Positions 13,677 to 27,231 of a stretch of DNA of 64,000 nt are shown in pieces. A program made the position numbers and the translations under genes. The notes beneath the pieces are model-generated. The model saw only the letters and a list, made by a program, of their open reading frames with translations. It searched no databases and had not been told where the DNA came from. The DNA is from a virus. Lineage: Duplodnaviria; Caudoviricetes. The DNA lies in IMG/VR virus record IMGVR_UViG_3300028591_000099, positions 64,001-128,000 of that record. One strand, written 5' to 3'. Position 1 is the first letter of the stretch; every line of letters starts with the position of its first letter.

Positions 13677-16636
13677 TGCCAGAAACAACAGTTTATACTA
13701 ATAATAAATACTATCAAGATATTGCTGATGCGATTAGAGAAAAAAATGGCACAGAAAATACTTATACTCCAGCTCAAATGGCTCCTGCTATTAGGAAGTT
13801 AGCCGGTGGAGAAACCCCAGGTGAAACTATAAATAATCAAAATAAAACAGTAACTCCAACAGAAAGCCAGCAATTAGTGACAGCAGATAATGGCTATACT
13901 GGACTAGGAACAGTTACAGTAAATCCGATTAGCAGCACATATGTAGGCACCGGTGTAACTCGTCAAGGTGCCACAACAATAACCCCAAGCGATAGTCCGC
14001 AGATAGCGGTTGCCGCAGATACTTATGTAACGGCACCGGTTGAAATTGAAGAAGTTCCAACAGAGGAAATAACTGCAACCGCAAATGGTATAGTAACACC
14101 AAGTAGCGGCAAGTTCTTATCTAGAGTTACAGTTAATGTGCCTGTTGGAGCAACTATCAATAATCAAGATAAAAATGTCGCTCCGACAGAAGAAGAACAA
14201 ACTATTGTAGCCGATAATGGCTATACTGGTTTAGGAGTTGTTACTGTTAGAGCTATTGATGAAAATTATGTCGGTAGTGGAGTTGCTAGAAATAATAGCA
14301 ATAGTTTAAGTGCGGTCGGCGGCACTGTCACGGTGCCAGCCGGGTATTATAGTATACAAGCGACTAAAACGATAACTGCCAGTGAGTTAGTAAATGGAAC
14401 ATTAAATATTGATGATGATGGCACTTACGATGTAACTAATTATGCTTCTGCAGAAGTGGCGATTGATTATGTGAGTAAAACTTTACCATTAACGATTATT
14501 AACCACCTATCGTCTAATATTACTTTGACAAGTTCAGTATTAACGGCGAACATTATTGGAACCCTAAAAAATAAGCAATATATAAGAACAATGAATGCGG
14601 GTATCGTTAATGCGAATAGCCAAAATACATATAGGGTTCCAGGAGCAGGATTTCTTCTATATTTAATAGGAGCTTCAAGGGATACAAATTTTGAAGTGCA
14701 TATTAATGATACAGTTAAAACTCCTTTGCTAGAAGGTAAAAATAGTAACGGCAGACCAATTAAAATTTATCATATTAGTAGTTCCAACTGTCCTGCTCCA
14801 GATGGCGGTGTTATAGATATTTATGAATCAACTGATTCATTTAAAGAATCTGTTATATTAGATACTTTAATAGCGACTACTAATGATACATATACAGCAC
14901 CTACTGGCACAGCATACTCATCTGTCACAGTCAACATCCCATCAGACATTAACAACCAGAATAAAACAGCAACCCCTACTGGTGATACACAAACAATAAC
15001 ACCAGATACGGGATACTCTGGATTGGGCACAGTTACTGTTTACCCAATCCCAAGTCAATATATCGTTCCAACTGGAACATTAGAAATAGTCGCAAATGGG
15101 ACTAAGGACGTCACTTCATATGCAAGTGTTGATGTTAATATCCCATCTGATATAAACAATCAAGAAAAAACTGTAACCCCAACAAAAGCCAGCCAGGAAG
15201 TAACTCCTGATACTGGATATTCTGGATTAGGGAAAGTCACAGTCAATCCAATACCAGCCAGCTATATTACAACCAGTGATGCTGATGCGGTCGCCGCAAA
15301 TATTTTATTAAATAAAACGGCCTATGTAAATGGTTCAAAAATTACTGGTATAATGGCTAATAATGGAGCCACTGGTGGAACAATTACAACCCAAGGTGGC
15401 ACATATACGATCCCCGCTGGATATACATCTGGTGGAACTGTAACCGCCAGCTTAACTGGAACTACATTAACTGATTCAATTATCAGCGGGACTGCTTATG
15501 AGGAAACATCTGGCGATTATGCTTGAAAAAGCACAGTTCAAATTCCAGAAGGTTACCATAATGCGGCAACGATAACCAAAGAGTTTAGCTCAATATTCCC
15601 AGCTCCTGAATCTGAAGGAGATGCCGCAAAAATGTTGCTAGGCTATCAGTTATATGACCACGATGGGAAAGTAATAACTGGTACAATGCCAAACAGCACA
15701 TTCTCAGCGACATTAGATGATGTTACTGCTAGCGTGCCGATCCCAGCTGGATATCACACAGGAACTGGAACTATAAGTCATAACACAGTTGCGATACCAT
15801 CACCAGAGATGTCATTCAATTCAACTACTGGTGTTATTACAGCAAGTGGAAGTTGGACTAAAGGTTATACTACAAACAATAGTTATTCTAACACTTATAG
15901 TTTAACTACTAGAAGTGTTAGTGATTTAACAGTAAGTGGTGCTACGGTGACTGCGCCGGCCGGCTATTATGCTGCTGCGGCATCGAAGTCAGTAGCGGCT
16001 ATGACCCTGCCGACCGCAATCTCCAATACCAGTTCAGGCACAAGAAAATTAACAGTTGGTAGAAGCACAAATACTCAATACATCAATATCCCAGTGGGAT
16101 ACAATAATGCAGCGGCTTATTACGAAATTAGTTCAGTAGCAAATGGTTCAGCGACTAACTCGGGTTCAGCATCAGGATCATCTGCTACATTATCTACTGG
16201 AACAAACACTTTAACATTAAGTAAAGCTGTTTCAATTACACCGACAGTAACTGCTGGTTATATCTCAAGTGGTACTGCTGGAAATGTTACAGTATCATTA
16301 ACCGCAAATGTAACTACAAAGGCTGCTGCTACTATTACACCAGGCACTTCAAATCAGACAATTGCGTCTGGTACTTATTTAACTGGCACGCAAACGATTG
16401 CCGGAGATGCAGATTTAGTTGCAGGTAATATTAAATCTGGTGTTAATATTTTCGGAGTAAGTGGAACATTCACAAGCGACGCAGATGCTACTGCTAATGA
16501 TATTATTTCAGGAGCTACGGCCTATGTCGATGGAGAGTTAATTACTGGTGGGTTAGTAGTTAATAAGTATTATACAGGCACAACTGCTCCAGCCGCTGCG
16601 TTGGGAAATAATGGCGATATTTATTTACAACAATAA
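13676..16636 (+). CDS. Tail fibre / receptor-binding protein, ~986 aa; 1 TGA-Trp
   Basis: ORFs 13676 and 15632 joined through TGA 15524; repeats INNQxKTVTPT...DxGYxGLGxVTV; N-terminal IADAIREKNG. Confidence 0.7.
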
Positions 16637-16653
16637 GGGGGGGTAAATAAAAT

Positions 16654-19044
16654 ATGGCTAGACAAATAAACATTAATGATACAATAAATAAAGATATTAC
16701 ATATTTTGATAGTGATAATTCTACATATGATAGAATTAGTGATTATTACCCAATCTCAGGTGGCTTAGGCGGAGCTGATGACGGAAATTACGCATATTTC
16801 TATCTTAATACTGGTTCTAGGGCTGAAACTTGAGTTTATTACGGTTTTGATTTTAGCGATATACCCGCAGGTGCAACGATTACATCTGTTTCTTGTCGTG
16901 CAAAAGGATATATTAATACTACTAATAGTAATAGAATTACTACTCGTACGATTGCTGCTTATACAGGTACAACGCAAAAAGGTAGCACTACCGACATTTC
17001 CAATAGTACCAATGCGATTACTCTTTCTGTTGGCTCTTGAACAAGGGCAGAATTACAAAATGCGAAGATTGGTATTCACGCAGTTAGAGGTAATTCAAAT
17101 ACAACATCAGATTATCATGTGCGTTTTTATGGTGCTACTATGACAGTTAATTATTCTGCATCAGGCACCGCTTATACAATCACTGCCTCTAGTTCAGTTG
17201 CTTCAACTACAGTAACGCCCGATTCTCAAGAATTAATAAACGGGGAAGAAGCGGTTGTTCGTATTGATACGCCGAATGTTGATGATATTGTTGTAACTGA
17301 TAACGGTGTTGAAGTAAATGATTTGCTAGAACAACATCAAGTACCAACTGGGGGCACCGTTTCTGCGGTTCCTGCCTCATATACTACAAGTGGCAGTATT
17401 AGTGGCACTAGATATAGAAATACTGTTGGGTGTGGTGTAGATAATCCATCTGGTCAAACTGGAAATGACTATTGCGGTAGCAGCGGTTCAACTGCGACAA
17501 TATATTATCATTTTAATTTTGATGATATTCCAGATGAAGCTACAATTACCAGCATGACCGTGCGAGCATATGGACATTTAGAAAATGCTTCGCAATCAAA
17601 TGAAGTTGCTAGATTAAATACCTATTATGGAACAACTGCGAAAGGTACGGTAACTGAATATACAAGTACTTCAAATCAAATTAAAACAATTCCAGCTGGA
17701 AATTGAACTGTAGCTCAATTAAAAGATGACGCAAGAGTTGGATTCACAATTGGTTATTATGGTGGTTTAACAACTGGTATTACTTGAGAAGTAACATATA
17801 CAGTTCCGAGTACGGGCAATGATTATTATTACACGTATAGTATGCCAAATCTATCGGCAGACCACGTTATTTTAATTGAAGAAGCTGGGGTTTATATCCC
17901 ACCAGAAGAAGACCCAGAGGAAACATATTGGCCGATTACTATTTCAAGTATTAATGCAAGCACAAATCCAGTAAATGGCACAGTTCGTGTGGTAGAGGGC
18001 ACTAATCAAACGATTACTATTACTCCGACTGATCCGCAATTAACTTTGGCGCTGGATAATGGTGTTGATATTACAAGCCAGTTACATGGTGGTATTCCAA
18101 ATAACACATATACTGTTGACACGCAAGTGTCTGGTGCTTCTTATGGATTTACTTTAAATTCATCTACTGGCTATTATAGATCAACAAATGGTGGTGTTGG
18201 TTCATCCGCTTCTGTTGCAAGAGTTAATTTTGATTTAGAGTCAGATGTATTGGTTACAATTCAATATATTAACCAAGGTGAATCACAAGCTGACTATGGT
18301 ATGTTTGGTAAAATTGATACTACAGTTTCTACAACCGGAAATACCTATAATAATAGTTCTGCTAGTCCAGATGACCCAAATAATTATTATTATATGTGTG
18401 CAGCGTCTAGTGACTCCTCCACTTCCGCAAAAACTTTAACATATGAAATTCCAATGGGGCAACACTATATTGATATTAAATATGCTAAAGACCAAGCAAG
18501 TGATTCTGGTTTAGATTCACTACAATGAAAAATTTTAAGTGTTGAAGCAACTAGTGCAGGTGGTGATTACACATATACATTAACAAATGTTACCCAAAAA
18601 CATAGTTTAATATTTGTATTTGGTGATGTTACCTTTTGGTATGTCACATCATCTGGCACATCTGGTATGCGTTTATTCCCAGATGGGCAACAAGTAAAAT
18701 TAGACGGCGATGGTTATGTATTAAATATTGTCCCTGATAATATAAGTTCAACAATTACAATCACTGATAATGGTAATAATGTAACATCATCATTAGAACG
18801 AGAAACAGGAGTGGATAAAAATAATAATCCTGTTGTAAGTTATAAATATAAATTAAATAACATTACAGCTAATCACACAATAAATGTGACAGCTGGAGGT
18901 GCAACAATACAACTTTATGTTAAAGAAAATGATACATGAAGAATGTATTCAAAAGTTTATAAAAAAATAAACGGCTCTTGAGTAGAGCAAAGCGATATAG
19001 CTAGTGTATTTAGTACATCGGCTAATTATGTTAGAAAGAATTAG
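16654..19044 (+). CDS. Tail-associated beta-rich adhesin-like protein, ~796 aa; 7 TGA-Trp
   Basis: ATG 16654 in frame with ORFs 17119, 17842 and 18667; TGA at 16831, 17038, 17704, 17785, 18526, 18937, 18979; duplicated FDFSDIPAGATITS / FNFDDIPDEATITS; ends TAG. Confidence 0.7.
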
Positions 19045-19058
19045 GAAGGAGAGAAGAA

Positions 19059-22000
19059 ATGGCCCAAAGAATACAAAAAATAAATTATAATGGCAGACTT
19101 TATAATGTAGGTGGGATACCCTATGCCATTTGTTCTACCGGAGGTTCAACTGCAGCGAAAGTTGTAGATAGTGGAAACGACTTAGACTTTTTATTAGCCG
19201 ATGGAGCGAATATTATTGTTAGATTTACTGAAACAATACTATCAGAAAGCCCTACTTTAAAAGTAGGAAATACACCGGCAAAACCTATTAGATATAATGG
19301 CTCTATATTAACTCCAGAAACCATAAGTGCTAATCAAACTTGTGAGTTCGTCTATGATGAAGCACAAGATTCTTGACTATTAGTTGGTGGAACTGGCTCT
19401 GGTGGTTCAGCGACCATAACTGATGGCGTAGTATTAAAAGGTGCTGTCATGGTAGCTGGAGATGTGCCAGCAATTCACGAGACAGGCTGAGCCTATAGAG
19501 TTGCTACCGCTGGGACTTATGTAGGACAGCGGTGCGAAGTTGGTGATTTACTACTTTGTATCTCTGATGGTTCCAGTAGCAATAACAACGACTGAATTGT
19601 CTTACAAAGGAATGTAGATAATGCTTTATATAAAGGCAGTAATACATTAACAAACAATCAAATGTTGCTTGCGGATGGGGCAGACGGTAAGGTAAAATCT
19701 GTTGCTATTAATCCAGTATTAGCGAATACGGCCAATAGCACAGAATCACCTTCTAGCATTACAGTAACCGTAGGCGGAGTTACAAGTGCAGCACTTGGAT
19801 TTAATGCCGCTACAACTGGAAATTATGGTGAAACTATTTTAACTAATACCCCGAGTGCAAATGAGGAAGCTAAGGCGGCTACACCAAAATTAGTAGATAC
19901 AGCAATTACTAATAAAATAAATGATTTAGATGTAACTGATACTGCTGTTGGAACTCAATATGTTTCAGCAGTAAATGAAACTAATGGAGAGATTTCAGTT
20001 AGTAGAGCTAACTTTGCTCCTACTGTAACTGTGGTCTCTGGAGACGATGAAAATACTCCAAAAGTAAAGATAAATGTTGCTGGAAATGAAAGTGCGGCAG
20101 TCGCTCTTAATGCAGCAACAATCGGGGCGTATGGTGCAACAATCCTAACCAACACTCCAAGCGGAAATGAAATGGCCAAAGCCGCAACTCCAAAATTGGT
20201 AAATGATGCTATTGCTTCTACAATAGAAGGGTTGGCAGTTACCGATACCGCAGTAGCCGGAAAATATGTTTCTAGTGTATCTGAAGAAAATGGAGAAATC
20301 TCAGTAACTAGAGTAAACTTCTCACCAGCAATTACAATTACAAGTGGAGACCAAGATAATACTCCTAAAATCAACGTATCTGTTGGAGGAGCAACCGGCA
20401 CCGCACAAGGCTTAAATGCTGCGACAGCATCTGCCTATGGCGTTACTATTCTAAATAATGACCCAGGCAGCACTCCATCAAATGAAAGCACCGCAGTTAC
20501 ACCTGCGGGCTTGATATCAGTGATACAAACTCTGGATGCGACGGTTACTGGCACACCGGGGGCCGCAAAAACTTTAACTGCTTTTGGAGAAACCGATGGT
20601 AAAGTATCTGCGACCTTTGGAGATATCGCAATTGCGGCAAGCCAGATTACGTCTGGAACGCTTCCAGTTTCAAGAGGCGGCACAGGCCAGACCGCAATCG
20701 CCAATATCCAAGCCGGCAAAGACGCAGCAGGAAATACGATTACAGAAACTTACGCAACAAAAGAAGAATTAAATGATATTGTATCAGCCACAAACGCGAT
20801 GGTCTTTAAGGGTCTTGTTATAACTGAAAACGACCTTCCTGCTATTCACGAAAAAGGTTGAACTTATAAAGTAGCAACTGCTGGAACATATGCGGGTCAA
20901 GTTTGTGAAGTTGGAGATTTAATCATCTGTATTGCGGAAGGAAATACCGCAAATAACGCAGATTGAGGAGTTATTCAAGTAAATGTAGATAGTGCTTTAT
21001 TCAAAGGAACTAACTCATTTACTAATAATCATATTTTATTAGCGGATGGCACAAATGGAAAAGTTAAATCAGTAGCCGCGAATCCAACATTAACATTAAC
21101 TGGTGCTTCTGGAGATGATACAGATAAAATCAAGTTCTCTTTTGGAGGATTTGAAAGTAGTGAAGAAGCATTAAGCACGGCTACAACATCAAATTATGGT
21201 GTTACAAAATTAACATCAACAGTTGCAGACAGCAATGAAGTCTTAGCAGCCACTCCAAAATTAGTTGCTACTAAAGTTAATAATGTTATTAATGGTCTAA
21301 ATGTGACAGACAGTGCTGACAGTTCAAAATATGTATCAGCAGTTTCTGAAAGCAAAGGCAAAATCTCAGTTAGTAGAGCAAGTTTTAATCCAACAGTTAC
21401 TATTAGTGATGGTGCTACAAGTGATGATACACCCACTGTTAGCATATCGGTAGCAGGAAATAGTGCAACTGCGGTAGCGATGCCGTCTGCAACAACATCT
21501 AGCTATGGCGTAACAAAGTTATCAAATGCTACCAACAGCATATCCGAATCAATAGCAGCGACTTCGAAGGCAGTAAAGGCTGCCTATGATTTAGCGGCGA
21601 GTAAGACAGATAATGTAGGTACTATTACCGGAGTTACCGCAAATGCTGGATTAACTGGTGGAGGAACTTCTGGAACTGTTACCATTGGGCATAGTAATTC
21701 AATAGATGCCGTTGCCGATGAGGCTTTATATAAATTAAAATGAGATGCTTACGGTCATATCACTGGGGCAATATCTCAAGGAGTTACTGATAATACCACA
21801 AATAAAGATGTAACTTCAAATGATAGTAATTTAATTACAGCAAGAACATTATATTATCAATTACAAAAGAAAGGTTATACAACCAATACTGGTACTGTTA
21901 CTTCAGTCAGTGCCGGAGACGGTTTAACTGGTGGTCCAGTAACAACGACTGGATCATTAGCACATAGCATCCCTACTGGTGCAGAAGCCGGAGTTAAAGG

Positions 22001-22682
22001 GACTACTGGTAGAACATATATCCAGTCTATTACAACAGATAAGTTCGGTCATTTAACTGGTTATACAACAGCAACTGAAACTGTTACTGATACTCACTAT
22101 ACTGCGAAGAATGTTGTTGCTAATTCAAAAACTAGCACAACTCAAACTGCGAGTGCTCTCACAAATGGAAATGTTTATTTGAACTTAGTTGAAAATGGTG
22201 TGGTACAAAGTAGTCAGAAAATTGCCGGGGGTGATTTAGTATCAGTTGCGGCTGCAGCCACAAGCGGAGATATTACAGTTAGCCATACTGCTCCAAGCGG
22301 GGCGACAGCAGGTGTAAAGGGCGGTACAGGCAGAAGTTTTTTACAATCAGTCACAACCGATTCTTTTGGGCATATTACTGGATATTTAACAAATTCAGCT
22401 GGTTACGCACCAGAAACAGGCGGCGTAGAAGGACAAATGTTAATTGCTACTGGAGCAGATACATTGCCAGTTTGAACTACAATGCCAACAGCATTAATTA
22501 ATACCACTTATACTTTAACAAGTCCAAATAAAATGAATGCAACATTTGACGCTGCTACTGGTATATTGACATTAACTACAACTAATGTAGGATTAACTGC
22601 GACAAATAGTGCTACAGTATTACTTGGAAATAGTTCTGTTGCAGCTGCAGCCGCACCAGATGGAAACGGGGTGGAATACTAA
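19059..22682 (+). CDS. Long tail fibre protein, ~1207 aa; 7 TGA-Trp
   Basis: Five track ORFs in one frame; tail-fibre repeats (YGVTKLSNATNSISESIAATSKAVKAAYDLA); ends DGNGVEY-TAA. Confidence 0.75.
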
Positions 22683-24352
22683 TGGCAAATAGAAATGTTT
22701 TAATAAATGAAAATTCATTAATAGCAATTGCTGATGCTATTAGAAATAAAACTGATTCTCTTGAAACTTATACCGTTGAAGAAATGGCAGATGCTATTAG
22801 TGCTATAAAATTAAGTGAAGGAGGAACTCCTGCTATTGGGATTGAAGATACTATTGATTCTCATGGTGGAATAATTAGAAATATTACTGCCGTAGATATT
22901 TCAGATACTACGGCAGTAGCCTCTAATGTTTCAAAGGGTAAAACTTTTTATAACGCAAAGGGCGTTAAAACAGTAGGAACTTCTGAGAATGCGAGCGGAT
23001 GAATTAGACCCGCAGATTGGCCAGATTTATCTTTAATGGATATTTCTGAACAAGTTTTATATTTAACTTATAAAGCCACTGAAGAACAAGGATTTTGTGA
23101 TTTAAAAATACGCCCAGCAGGAGTAATAGAAATAGGCAATATTGTTAATGGTAATTTTGTCGCAGAAACTACTTACAATGTTGCTGATAATGCTAATATA
23201 AGACATTATTTCGGCTCTCCTTCTGGTGGATATAAGGTTATAAAAATTACTAGCCCTAATAATATTTATACTTTTGATCAATTATTAGGCACCGGTGTTT
23301 ATCAATATGATAATGAATATAGGTTTAGCTCGAATAGCGGGTTGCTTGAAATTTATGGTAATTTGCCTAATCTAACAACTTTTTCAGCAGATTATTCTAA
23401 TTGACTTGAAAGTTGTAATATTAAAAACTGTAAACCTAATTCAATGGCGAGTGCTTTTCAATATGATTATAAATTAAAAAATGTTGATTTTTCAACATGG
23501 AATTTTTCTAACTGCACTTCTATGCAATATATGTTTAGAAGTTGCTCGAAATTAGAGTCAGTGTCTTTAAAAGGCACTTCTTCTAAACTAACAAATTTAG
23601 ATAGTACTTTTGTTAGTTGCTATATGATAGAAGAAGTTAATATCACTGATTTTGACACAACTAATGTTGCAACTTTTAATAATATGTTTTCTGGATGCAC
23701 TCGATTGAAAAAACTTACAATTCCTAAAAACTTTATTCAAAGCAAAGCAACTACTATGGCTTCAATGTTTAATAATATTAGTTTTTTAGATAGTATAGAT
23801 TTATCTCTTTCTAATCCTGAAAAAATGGCAAATTTTTCTTCAGCTTTCGCAGGAATGAAAGAATTAAAAACTTTAATTTTACCGTCTAATTTTGTTCAAA
23901 GTTCAGCAACTAATTTATCAAATATGTTTAATGAATGTAGAGATTTGCAATCTCTTGATGTGTCTCGCTGAAATACTTCCAATGTTACAAATATTTCTTC
24001 ATTTATGCAAAATGCTTATTGATTAGAAGAATTTATTGGTTTTGAAAATTTAGATTTAGGTAAATGTACTAATACACAAAATATGTTTAATAGTACTTAT
24101 AAGTTAGAATCTATTACAGTACCAGCTTCTTTAACAACAATTTATGCGAATACATTCCCAAATACAAGGGGTTGTTATGAATATCATTTTTTAGCTACAA
24201 CACCTCCGACTTTAGCGAATACAAATGCTTTTAATAATATGAATGATTTTGGCGGTAAAAAAATATATGTCCCAGTAGGATGTAGCAATGCTTATAAAAC
24301 AGCAACTAATTGAAGCACTTATGCTTCTTATATAGTAGAAGAAGGGAGTTAA
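22682..24352 (+). CDS. Leucine-rich-repeat (BspA/DUF285-like) adhesin, ~556 aa; 5 TGA-Trp
   Basis: One frame through TGA; repeats NLSNMFNECRDLQSLDVSR-W-NTSNVT; C-terminal KIYVPVGCSNAYKTATN-W-STYASYIVE. Confidence 0.75.
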
Positions 24353-24354
24353 TT

Positions 24355-25560
24355 ATGGCTATTTCAAAAGTAATTTTAAATGGTGAGACATTAATGGATG
24401 TTACGAAAACTACCGCAATATCTAGTCATATTTTAGCACCTTATAAAATAATAGGGGTAAATGGACAAGAAACAATTGGAGTTTTAAAAAATAATAGTGA
24501 TTGAGTAAGGCCTTCAGATTGACCAAATTATGATAAATTAAGATTATGAGAAACAAAAGAAGAATCTCTTTATTTTACATATGATAACAGAGTGACAGGG
24601 GGATATATTATATTACATATTACCCCGAAATATTATGTTCAACGTGTAAGAATAGAAAATAATGGCTCTGTTACTGTATTAGCAAGTAGTGGATTAGTTC
24701 AAAATCATTATGAAGAAGCCATTCCTGCAGATGCAGGAGATTGAGTTTGCTATAGGGTAATACCAGAAGACGGACAACATTTATTGAATTTAAACCATGA
24801 AAATTTATCTGTTGCTCCTAATACCAATTGAGCAAATCAACTTTGCGTTGAACGATATGGATATTTGCCCGCAGCAACGTGAATAGGTTCTGGTTATAGT
24901 TATAGGGATTGATATGTTAGATCAGTTCAATCAGAAACTTTATTTGGTTTATTACCAAATATATCTATTAATTATACTCATAGCACTTCCCTACAAAATC
25001 TTTATATTGATTCTCCAAGAGATTTAAAATTTCAAAATTGTTATAGTTTGGTTGGACTTGATTGAAATATGGAACTATTAAATACAACAAGAACTTCAAT
25101 TAACTCTCTTATAAGAGCTTCTTCTTTAAAAGAAGCAGATTTTTCTAAGTCTACTTTAACTAATATAACAGATATGGGATATTTTGCAGCAGATTGTAAA
25201 GAATTAAGAAAGGTAAAACTTCCAAAAGGAGATTACTCTGGATTAACAACTAATGCAAACGCTTTCCAAAATTGTGAATGTTTAGAATATGTTGATTTTC
25301 CTAGTTCATATACGTTAACAATTAGTCAATCTATGTTTTCAAATTGTTATACATTGAGATATCTCATATTTAGAGCAAATTCTGTTGTACCTTTAGGAGG
25401 AACTGGATATATTCCTGCCGCTGTTTTTAATAGAGGTGGTACACGAATTTATGTTCCTGCTGCACAAATCGAAAATTATAAAACCGCGAGTAATTGAAGC
25501 ACATTATATGCAACTTATCCAAATATGTTTGGAACAATAGAAGGGAGTGCTTTTGAATAA
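24355..25560 (+). CDS. Second LRR (BspA-like) adhesin paralogue, ~401 aa; 9 TGA-Trp and no TGG
   Basis: W-VRPSD-W-PNY aligns with W-IRPADWPDL of the upstream gene; RIYVPAAQIENYKTASN-W-ST; ends TAA. Confidence 0.75.
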
Positions 25561-25745
25561 TGATTAAAACAGAAATAATTGTAATTAATAACAAAGAATT
25601 TATTCATACTTATTCAGATTCTGGGTTTATGATTCATGGAGGCTCTCCTGAGGCCAATTACTCAGAGGCTTTTGACCCGACTGAATTTAATAGAACTTAT
25701 ATAGAAACAAATATCCCGATTAAGCAAGAATCGGAAGAAGAATAA
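25560..25745 (+). CDS. Small hypothetical protein (61 aa), partner of LRR fibre genes
   Basis: Translationally coupled (TAATG); HTYSDSGFMI...YSEAFDP...RTYIETNIPI. Confidence 0.65.
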   Translation: MIKTEIIVINNKEFIHTYSDSGFMIHGGSPEANYSEAFDPTEFNRTYIETNIPIKQESEEE

Positions 25746-25754
25746 AGAAAGGAG

Positions 25755-27230
25755 ATGCTTATGTCTATACTAAAACAAGTTAAAATAGAGACAACTGGCA
25801 CTCCTATTGACATCGGTGCTAAGTATGATGAACAAGAAAATGAAATTAGAAGTAATTATGCCTCAAGTTTGAGCTTAAGCGAGGCAGCAAATGGTGTCAA
25901 TCTTACTCTGCTCGCAAAAGATAATACAGAATTAAGTACTGTTAATTTAAGAATGGGAGCAGATTCTATTACGACAGGTGTATTACCAATAGCTAGAGGC
26001 GGAACTGGTTTAATCGTTAATCCAAGCATGTTAATAAACTTAGAAAGCACAACGGCCGCAGACGTATTCCAAGCATCGCCTAGACCTGGTATAGTTGGTA
26101 CTTTACCTATTGGATATGGTGGAACCGGAAATACAACGGGTACCGCAACATTGGCGACGACAACAGCAGATACCACAAGTACATTATATCCCATTGGTGT
26201 TACAAGTGGAGCCAATACCGCACTAAAAAGAAATACTTCTATTAGTTTTGTTGGTGATACCATTACCGCTGGCAGTTTTGTTGGTGCTCTTAGTGGTGCA
26301 GCAACGAGTGCAAATAAATTAACGTCACCAGTTAATTTGAAAGTTAATTTAGCTTCTACTACAGATGTTAGTTTTGATGGTTCTAGTAGTCAAGAAAATA
26401 TTCCAGTTTCTGGTATTTTGCCTATTGGGAATGGCGGCACTGGAACAAGCACCGCTCCATACCAAGGTGGTATTATATATGCTTCCTCTACCTCTACTTA
26501 TGCCTCTAGTGCTGCTGGCGTTGCCGGACAATTACTTCAAAGTGGGGGGACGGGAGATCCATCTTGGATAACAGCAACAAATAACGCAAATGGGAATACT
26601 ATTGTAAAACGCGATTCTAATGGTAATTTCGCAGCTGGCACTATTACGGCATCTTTAACCGGACATGCTTCAGAAGATGTCGCATTAGCTGGTGGTACAA
26701 TGAGCGGGCCATTAATTCTTAGTGGAAATCCTACAAATCAAATGCAAGCGGCTACTAAAGAATATGTAGACCAATCATTTGCCGCAAATGATGCGATGAT
26801 GTTTAAAGGTACTATTGGCACTGGTGGCACTATCACTTCATTACCGAATAATCATAATGCTGGTGATACTTATCGTGTTATTACTGCCGGCACGTATGCG
26901 GGACATAAGTGTGAAGTAGGTGATCTTCTTATTTGTATTACTGATGGCACAGCTGCGAATAACGCACATTGAACGGTAGCTCAGACAAATGTTGATGGTG
27001 CGTTATATATGGGTACTAATAGTCTTCAAGGTGGAGATTTACTAATGGCAGATGGAACACAAGGACAAGTCAAAAGTGCAGGCTTAATTACTGGCACAAT
27101 GAATGGTTTAACTGCTTCATACGATAGCTCATCAGAAAAATTAATTTTTGCTACTAACTCTATTAATGTAGTAACTGGTATTGCTAATGCTACTACTTCG
27201 TTTACGAATGCAAATGCGGAGGTATATTAG
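25755..27230 (+). CDS. Tail fibre protein, ~491 aa; 1 TGA-Trp
   Basis: GVLPIARGGTG repeats; AATKEYVD; AMMFKGTIG module; read through TGA 26970; ends NANAEVY-TAG. Confidence 0.7.
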
Positions 27231-27231
27231 T

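Noticed and set aside
27181-27231. N-terminal extension of ORF 27181-28314
   Set aside because: It overlaps the upstream gene; RBS and paralogue alignment support ATG 27232
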